Made by a program: the position numbers and the translations under genes. This document shows, piece after piece, positions 57,516 through 64,000 of a DNA stretch of 64,000 nt. The notes beneath the pieces are model-generated. The model ran no database searches. It was not told the origin of the DNA and was given only the letters and a program-made list of their open reading frames with translations. Location: assembly GCA_054600435.1 (NCBI GenBank), contig BAAIJX010000009.1:248001-312000 (forward strand). Reading direction: 5' to 3'. How positions within the stretch are numbered: the first letter of the stretch is position 1; the number at the start of each line of letters is the position of its first letter. This DNA is from Neophaeotheca triangularis (Eukaryota).

Positions 57516-57760
57516 TGTGTCAATATGTACGAAGCAACACTTCCCTTTGTTACACTCTTTGACAACGTCCTCGAGCAACCTCATTCTTTGTCAACACAAC
57601 GAGCACAATGCATTGTGCACTTGCTTTGTATCAAACACATAAGTACTCGAGCTCGGAGTACTGCTCCATGCTCAATTCCATCTCAGCATCTTCAACTCGA
57701 GCCCAACCTGCACAGTCTTTCCTCAGCGCTTTCCTTTTCACACCAAGCAGCCAATACAAA

Positions 57761-58543
57761 ATGCCCCTCAGAAACGCCCTCCCAAGACAATACTACGCCG
57801 AGGCTGGTCCCTCTGGCTACAACACCAACAAGGCCCTGCCCCCAAAGCCCAGACGCAAGACGTTCGCTGAGCAAGCGGGCAACGACCCTAACCTTCAAGG
57901 TCTAGGCTGGCTCCTCAACGAAGACGATCGCCACCGCCCCGCCACATCTTCCTCACGCTCCACCCGCTCCACCCGCTCTACACAGCGTTCAGCACCACAG
58001 CCGCATTCCTGGCTCGACCCGCCCAGCCCGACCTACTGGCCCTCAGCCAACCCACCCCGTAAAGAATTCCACGACTGGCGCGGTGAACCACTCACCCACC
58101 CCAAGCCCACCAAGCAAAAGCACTCCAGAGGTAAGCCACTGCCCGCCGCCCCTGACAAACCCCTCCCCCCCGCGCCTTGGGACACCGACTACCCCTACAC
58201 CCGCCCCCACCAATCGGGCAGAAGCACGCACGGCCATACGCTCAAGCACAAGCAGAAATTCGACTCCCGCCCCATTGAGCTCGAGACCCGCCAACCCCGG
58301 CTCGTGCCCTACGGCAGCCAGCGCGCGAGCGAGCGCCCCCAGCCCCGACCCAAGCTCGAGCCGCTCAAGCATGGGTTCGTCAAGGGTGAGATCATCGAGA
58401 CGAGGGGCGATAGGTTGAGGGCTGCGAGTGGCAAGCGGCCGAAGACGATGCTCAAGAGTGAGTGGGAGGCGGAGAGGAGGCGCAAGGCGGAGTTGGAGAG
58501 GGCGAGGAGCCGCAAGGGCAGCGCTTGTTGCGTTGTGCAGTAA
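57761..58543 (+). CDS. Pro/Arg-rich hypothetical protein ending in a CaaX box
   Basis: ATG after CAAA, 260 codons, PxxP motifs, C-terminus RSRKGSACCVVQ then stop. Confidence 0.7.
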   Translation: MPLRNALPRQYYAEAGPSGYNTNKALPPKPRRKTFAEQAGNDPNLQGLGWLLNEDDRHRPATSSSRSTRSTRSTQRSAPQPHSWLDPPSPTYWPSANPPRKEFHDWRGEPLTHPKPTKQKHSRGKPLPAAPDKPLPPAPWDTDYPYTRPHQSGRSTHGHTLKHKQKFDSRPIELETRQPRLVPYGSQRASERPQPRPKLEPLKHGFVKGEIIETRGDRLRAASGKRPKTMLKSEWEAERRRKAELERARSRKGSACCVVQ

Positions 58544-59128
58544 GTTCGCAATTTTCCCTTTTGTTTGTCTATGGTGTGAATGTGCTTGGGTTGCTTTAGC
58601 TTGCTGTCGCGTTTGGCGTTTTGCTCTTTTTGCGGTGCTTTGGGATAGACTATCTGACTTTTTTTGCAGGCCTGGTGCTTTGCGTGGGTTCTAAAATGTA
58701 CGAGTAAGTCCAAGACAATCTTATTCCTTCTAGCCAATCGTTTCTAATCACCTCACATCAGCCAAATATCAACTGACTGGCATTTTCACCATCCTTCTCA
58801 ATATTCTGTCTCCAACATCGCGTGACGAAGCCTCGCCACCGGACATTGGCAATCGACAATGGAAGCCACCAAACCCGCAGTCTTTTCATTGTCATTCTTT
58901 GTTCTCCAGATAAAAACATCAGTACCCGCGTCCTCCGACCCTTGTCACAATAACATCATCCCCACCATTTCTTTATCCAGCCTCTTTGTCGAAACCCGCC
59001 CCCAATCTCCCCCACCTAATCATAGCATCTCCTCGCGAACCACCCCTTCCCCTCCCACCGATTACCCATGAAACGAAAAAAGATGCAACCCACCACTCCC
59101 AAGCCACCACCACCTCCGTTACCCCGCC

Positions 59129-60160
59129 ATGGACTCGCGCTCAGGCACCGAAATCATCAACCCCTTCACCGGCCGGCCTTGCCGAAGCCCAGCCGCCCAA
59201 AACCGCATCAAAAGACCCGAAACGCTCACCACAACTTCCCCCAAACCCCTCGACACCGAACTCGCCCCGCTAAGCCCGGTCTACAGCCTCGAAATCGACA
59301 GCAGCCTGCCACCAGACGGTTTGATCAGCCGGACAATGTCGCTGCGCAGACCTTCCAGCAGCGGACTCGGACTCCCGATGCCGCAAGCTAGAAGCAGCGA
59401 TCCGGTAGCCGCGGCACGGACGATAGTGCCGAGATCCCAGCCGAAGGCACCGCACAGGAGTTGCGACGAGAGGGTGAAGAAGACGAACAGAGTTTCCGGT
59501 GGCGTTTGGGACGGGGACAGTGTCCATCGCGCGCTTTCGCTACAGTCTTCACACCGCCCTCACGACCGCCACAATCACCTCCAACTCGGCCACCAACATC
59601 GGCAACGACAACACCTGCAACCCCTGGAACACGGCGACCACTCCTCTTCGCTACCGAAAAGTGGGCTCTCCGCCCTTCACACACCCTCGCGTTTTAGTTT
59701 CCAAAGCCCACGACCCGCGCCTCTACCCCCTGACCGGAATTCCTACGACCAGGTAGTTTGGAAGAGTTTGAAAAGTCCCAGAAGCGGGAGTGTGACTCGC
59801 AAGAGCCGGAGCCAGGATAGCAGCAAGCGGGTGGAAGGCAGTTCCGCGAGTGAAGAACCAGAGAAGAGAGCGGGAGAGGGGAGTCTGAGCGGGAGGGAAC
59901 CCAGCGACAGCGACAGCGACAGCAGCGACAGTAACGACGGCAGCAGCACTCGCAAAACCATCCTCGCACGCCCTGGCCAGTCAGCCCACCGCGACCGCCA
60001 TGACGCTTTCGGCCAGTTTCACAAACCCCTGCCCCCGACTCCCACAACGGGGTCCGTGACTTTGGACCTGCTGGTCGCCATGGAGGTTGATGAGAGGGAG
60101 CGGCGAATACGGGCAGAGCGCGCTGGGCAAAGGGAAAGGGGGGAGGGGGAGAAGTTTTAG
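59129..60160 (+). CDS. Ser/Arg/Pro-rich disordered hypothetical protein
   Basis: 343-aa ORF with GCCATGG start, INPFTGRP, KPLPPTP and a short helical C-terminus. Confidence 0.6.
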   Translation: MDSRSGTEIINPFTGRPCRSPAAQNRIKRPETLTTTSPKPLDTELAPLSPVYSLEIDSSLPPDGLISRTMSLRRPSSSGLGLPMPQARSSDPVAAARTIVPRSQPKAPHRSCDERVKKTNRVSGGVWDGDSVHRALSLQSSHRPHDRHNHLQLGHQHRQRQHLQPLEHGDHSSSLPKSGLSALHTPSRFSFQSPRPAPLPPDRNSYDQVVWKSLKSPRSGSVTRKSRSQDSSKRVEGSSASEEPEKRAGEGSLSGREPSDSDSDSSDSNDGSSTRKTILARPGQSAHRDRHDAFGQFHKPLPPTPTTGSVTLDLLVAMEVDERERRIRAERAGQRERGEGEKF

Positions 60161-61019
60161 AAATTCGAAACGGGCTGAGAGCTAGGGGTTGGGAAAGGAG
60201 GGGGTTACAGAAGTGTTTCTAGGACGAGGGGTACGACGGAGGTTCTTTTGCTTTCTCCGTGGCCAGAGCGATCTTGCGGCTTCTGTTTACACTTTGTAAG
60301 GTAGAGTCGCCGTAGCCGTCTTCTTTCCTTCCCTTCCCTTCTCTTTCCTTTGCTCCACTGCTGCGTAGGAAGTAAACAGCACCTTTAGGTAAAACACCAC
60401 CCCCCCCCCAGTGCCAAGGTCCAAGAGATCCCAACACAAAACCGCCTTGAACGCGGACCCTTGGATTCGCGCACCCCCTCCTCCGTTCCAGAGAGTCTAT
60501 AGCAAAAGGAGACGCTACTTTCGCGCTTTGTTTAAAAGGTGTTTGCCAGGGCTGGCACACACGTGCTCCAGCTTCGAAATCGTCAGTGGTCATGCATAAG
60601 GCTATCTCGCACTTCCCGCGTGGCTGGCAGGCTGGCAGCGAAGTGACTCGGCTCGTTCGTGGTCGCGGAAAGCGGTGGTTTTTGGGGGGAGGGGCGTGCC
60701 CGCTGTGTCTGGGAGACGGGTGGTTCGCGTTGGGGATTTGATCGGGAGAGTACAGATGCCTAGTTTTAAAGAGTAGACCGGGGCGGGTGGGATGGGAGTA
60801 GGGGGGGTTAGTGGCTGGTTGTCTGGGTGGGTTATCGTACATTCGCTAAGGGATAAGGCTACGGCTTGCAAGGGTGCGTGTTCTGAAACAGTACATCTAT
60901 CAAGCAGCAGTCAAGTGATACCGACCGAGTAGAGCTAACGAACGAGACTATGAGCTCTTCGCTTGAGATGACGACAGGCGTCTGATGTAGATTACCTAGC
61001 TTGCGTTACATTAGTTTGC

Positions 61020-62938
61020 ATCACATCACATCACATCGCCGAGAGCGAAGGGGTTGAAAGACAATCAAAGTGGGAGACTCTTCCATTGAAAAAAAAGCTG
61101 TCAAAAGAAAAGAAGCCAAGAGACATCCATCTACAATGCAGTCCAGTCCCCAGCCCTTTCCCACGGCAATGGAAAGAGAAATCTCCCACCAGAACTTCGC
61201 GACCCGAGAGAACGAAAGGAGCAAGCCGCCACAAGGTCCAGACCCCTCCTTCCATCGACATCCTCTAGAGCCCGGTGTTTTTTTGTTTTTTTTTCCCTCG
61301 AAAATCCCAAGGAGTGGGCTATCGGCGCGGACCAACTCGATACCGCGGCAAGTTGCAGAGCCCGACCGTCTCGTAGGACAAGAGACAAAAAAGAACAAAA
61401 AAGACAAAAAACATCGATTCCATCCTGGGGGAAAAATAATCAAAAAACTCCTCATGTAAACAAAAATTGTCCCAGCAGCCAAAGATATCCAAAAAAGCAT
61501 TCCTACACGCGCGATTCCGCCTGAAAGATACAGGGGAAAAGGGGAGGAATGCCCCCCCACCCGCTTTCAGAAAGAAAGGAGGCAGGATGGAAGTGAACGC
61601 AACCCCGTATCAAAAAAGGTGACAGGGATTCCGGCCAATGACTACCGCACAACAACGGCATCTCTTTCTAATCTTTCTAACCTGATGATAGTGTTGCGTT
61701 CCGCTCGATACGAACCCAGAGGATCGTAGGGGGAACGCGTAAAGAACGCTCGTTACCGGAAACGCGGCGGCGCTCTCAGCAGCTACTAGGCTTGGTTGAA
61801 GGTGTGCGTGTAGCTGATCGGCTACACGGCTTTTTTTCCGAGCCTAGCGCGCGATGCCTCCGCCGCAGTTTGTTAGAGCAAGGCCATGCCCCAGAAGCTC
61901 CCTCTCACGAAGATCGGAAAAGCGACTGATGCCACACGCCTACAATAGTGTGGCAACAAATGTCCGGCTCATGGTGGTTGGATAGTATTTCGTCGACGCA
62001 ACGGGTTTCGGGCGGTTTGCGGTTGGCTTGTCTGGGAATCGTGCGTCGCTGGTCTTTGGAGCTCTTTGCCTGGGAGCCTCGGCGTGTGCACGGCGCTGCC
62101 GGTTCGCCGCATCTTGCTCGTTCGGCTCGCTTCGGCCCTTCTTTCGCGCTTCGGCGGACTGTTCAGCGGGCAAGCCACGGCTGAGGCGTCGGCGGAAGGG
62201 GGAAAGATGGAGGCGGAAGCGAGGAAGGGGCAAGTACCGGCCTCGTCGGTAACGACGGCAACGGAGAGGCTTCGAGGGAAGAGGAAAGACAGCGGTGTCG
62301 GTTCTTTGCAAGTCTCGCAAGCGGCGAGAAGGGTGTGGGTGGGCGAAAGTTGTTCGGTTACCAGAGGAGCGGGATGGAGGGGGCGAGCGAGTGCCACGAC
62401 ATTACCAATGGAAATACAGCGCCCTGTCGAGGGACGCAAGCAATGAGCTCCGAGATCGGTGGACTGTTCGTAGCCGTTCAGCGTGCGTCCGGTCGCCGCG
62501 GTTGGGCTCCGAAGAGCCAACGGGGGAGGCCGGGTATCGAGGAAGGCCAGATATGTCCAACGCTCATCTCATCGAGGTAGGTCGACAAGGGGTTTCGCAA
62601 ACGCGAGCAAAAATAACAAGTGTTAAACAGGTGCAGAGCACAACGCAAGAACGCTCGCAACAGAACGCAGTTTTGGGGTATTCCTTCGTTTTGCGCAAAT
62701 ACCGGCGCAGAGGCGCAACGCTTGATACGTCCTCCCGGCGCGAAAGAGCTGCACGGGAGGAGGAACGAAGGAAGAGACCTGATACCGCTCGGGCTGAGCG
62801 TATTTAAAGTCTCGGTCGCAGTCGCTGTTCCACAAGCCGGGGGGATCCTGCGGGTTGACGCAGAGGGCCTCTAGCGCGCATTAGAGGCCAAAAGGTCAGG
62901 GGCAGGACTGAAGCGCAAACCATGACGAGAGCGCTTCA
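61020..62938. ncRNA. Candidate large structured RNA (or very long structured 3' UTR), identity unknown
   Basis: More than 12 nested perfect 7-10 bp helices, GNRA/UUCG-capped hairpins, a ~250-nt imperfect rod, and no credible ORF. Confidence 0.45.
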
Positions 62939-64000
62939 ACGGCTGGGATCAGCAAAGGGATTCGATGGTCCGTGAGGATTAGTGGATGGAGGGTTGGTAC
63001 TGATATTGGGAGTTTTAGAGCCTTGAGGGGGGGATGTTGGTGAAGTGACGGCAAAATCGCCATGGCTGGAGGCACGGACATGGGTTGGACGTCGGACGGC
63101 ATTGTCAACATACTGCCCGCTTACCGAGCCAAACTTCTCTTGGGAGGGACTAAACCCTGAGGTTGTGGTCGGAGAAGCTGGGTTGAAGTTGAATGTCGGC
63201 AGCGGGTTGGGAGTCAAAGTGTAGGCTTGTCCATTTAGTCTGTTGGCGGTATGGTCGCCGTCTTGCCTTGAACTTGTCGCTTGTTCGTAGGTTGGTGTGG
63301 CTTCTTGACTAGGCCGTGATTCGGCATTGCGCGTAGCGAAGAAAGTATCTAGTTCATGTTTCTCTTGAGCTGGGTTCCCAGGCTGTATAGGCCGAGGGCT
63401 TCTGTAAACGCCACCGCTACCACCTCTGTAAAAGATGGAGCCTGCTCTGATCAAGCCGATCAAGACGATGACGACCCAAATGAGCAGTATGCAAGAGCAG
63501 ATGATGGCTTCTTGTCGGATAGCCTTGGCGAAGTACGAAGTAACCCATAGTACAGCGTCGGAGATCTCGTCAGCAGCTCGAGCGCCGGCTCCTTCAGGGG
63601 CCAGCATCTCGTCTTGGGTGGCAGCAACCTTTTCGGCGCCCCCCAGGCTGAACGTGTCAACGGGCATGAGGGGGAAATCGATCCGAGCATTGTTACCGAC
63701 CCAAGTCAGGCCAGTCTGGATGCCTTCGATCTTTAGTAGCACCAGGCAATTGAGCACGTCCAAGATGGGCGTGTGTAGGACGGTACCACCAAAGGTCGTG
63801 TCGAGAACATCCATCATGCCGTCAACGAATACGTTGAGAGTGTCGTTGACTGCATTCGTGGTGATATTGACCCAGCCAAGGACGTCTTGGTTGATCTTGT
63901 CGCTAGTGGAACCGATCATGTCGTTGGTACCGGCAGCCCATTGTTCGCTGGCGTTATTGAGCTGGAACATGACTTTGTCCGCAAATTCGCCTACTTGGTC
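62936..64000 (-). CDS. PRM1: Plasma-membrane fusion protein Prm1 (3' part; 5' end lies beyond the window)
   Basis: LNNASEQWA...INQDVLGWVNITTNAVNDTLNVF...TFGGTVL...VLNCLVLLKIEGIQTGLTWV, TM segment EAIICSCILLIWVVIVLIGL, cytosolic tail ending in NPF. Confidence 0.88.
   Translation of the reverse strand, partial: DQVGEFADKVMFQLNNASEQWAAGTNDMIGSTSDKINQDVLGWVNITTNAVNDTLNVFVDGMMDVLDTTFGGTVLHTPILDVLNCLVLLKIEGIQTGLTWVGNNARIDFPLMPVDTFSLGGAEKVAATQDEMLAPEGAGARAADEISDAVLWVTSYFAKAIRQEAIICSCILLIWVVIVLIGLIRAGSIFYRGGSGGVYRSPRPIQPGNPAQEKHELDTFFATRNAESRPSQEATPTYEQATSSRQDGDHTANRLNGQAYTLTPNPLPTFNFNPASPTTTSGFSPSQEKFGSVSGQYVDNAVRRPTHVRASSHGDFAVTSPTSPPQGSKTPNISTNPPSTNPHGPSNPFADPSR

Noticed and set aside
61682..61765. 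Hammerhead core CTGATGA
   Set aside because: No GAAA directly after a stem II and no compatible stems I/III.
62324..62430. Hairpin-ribozyme-like order of motifs (AGAA, ACCAGAG, ACATTAC, NGTC)
   Set aside because: Loop B nucleotides mismatch, helix 1 cannot form, and an insert separates helices 2 and 3.
60161..62935. Telomerase RNA identity for the structured interval
   Set aside because: No TAACCCTAA/TTAGGG-type template on either strand and no recognisable P6.1. Kept only as an unidentified structured RNA.

Overview
Gene-dense, intron-containing fungal DNA (GT-AG introns of about 50-160 nt with CTRAY branch sites). The gene set and style suggest a filamentous ascomycete, probably a Dothideomycete (inference). 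About 22 protein-coding genes are supportable, in order: Jen1-type carboxylate transporter, PAQR/Izh protein, SDR, arylsulfotransferase, Swf1 DHHC palmitoyltransferase, Rap1, Stl1-type sugar porter, F-box-like hypothetical, FAD monooxygenase, 10-intron Na+/H+ antiporter, PI-PLC, GT8, Sec24-like Sfb3, a hypothetical protein, a large GPI-anchored repeat protein, CIA84, Rsm18, Bdf1, Utp5, a CaaX-ended Pro-rich protein, a disordered protein and the 3' part of PRM1. There is also a probable decayed gene at about 28.6-31.3 kb and three low-confidence small genes. No tRNA, rRNA, intact transposon or CRISPR array was recognised. The most unusual signal is the ~2.8 kb non-coding gap between the convergent 59129-60160 gene and PRM1, which is packed with nested self-complementary helices (candidate large structured RNA). 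Similar fold-back structure lies behind BDF1, and many gene 3' ends show a C-rich-then-G-rich switch. All structure calls were made by eye, without folding software.
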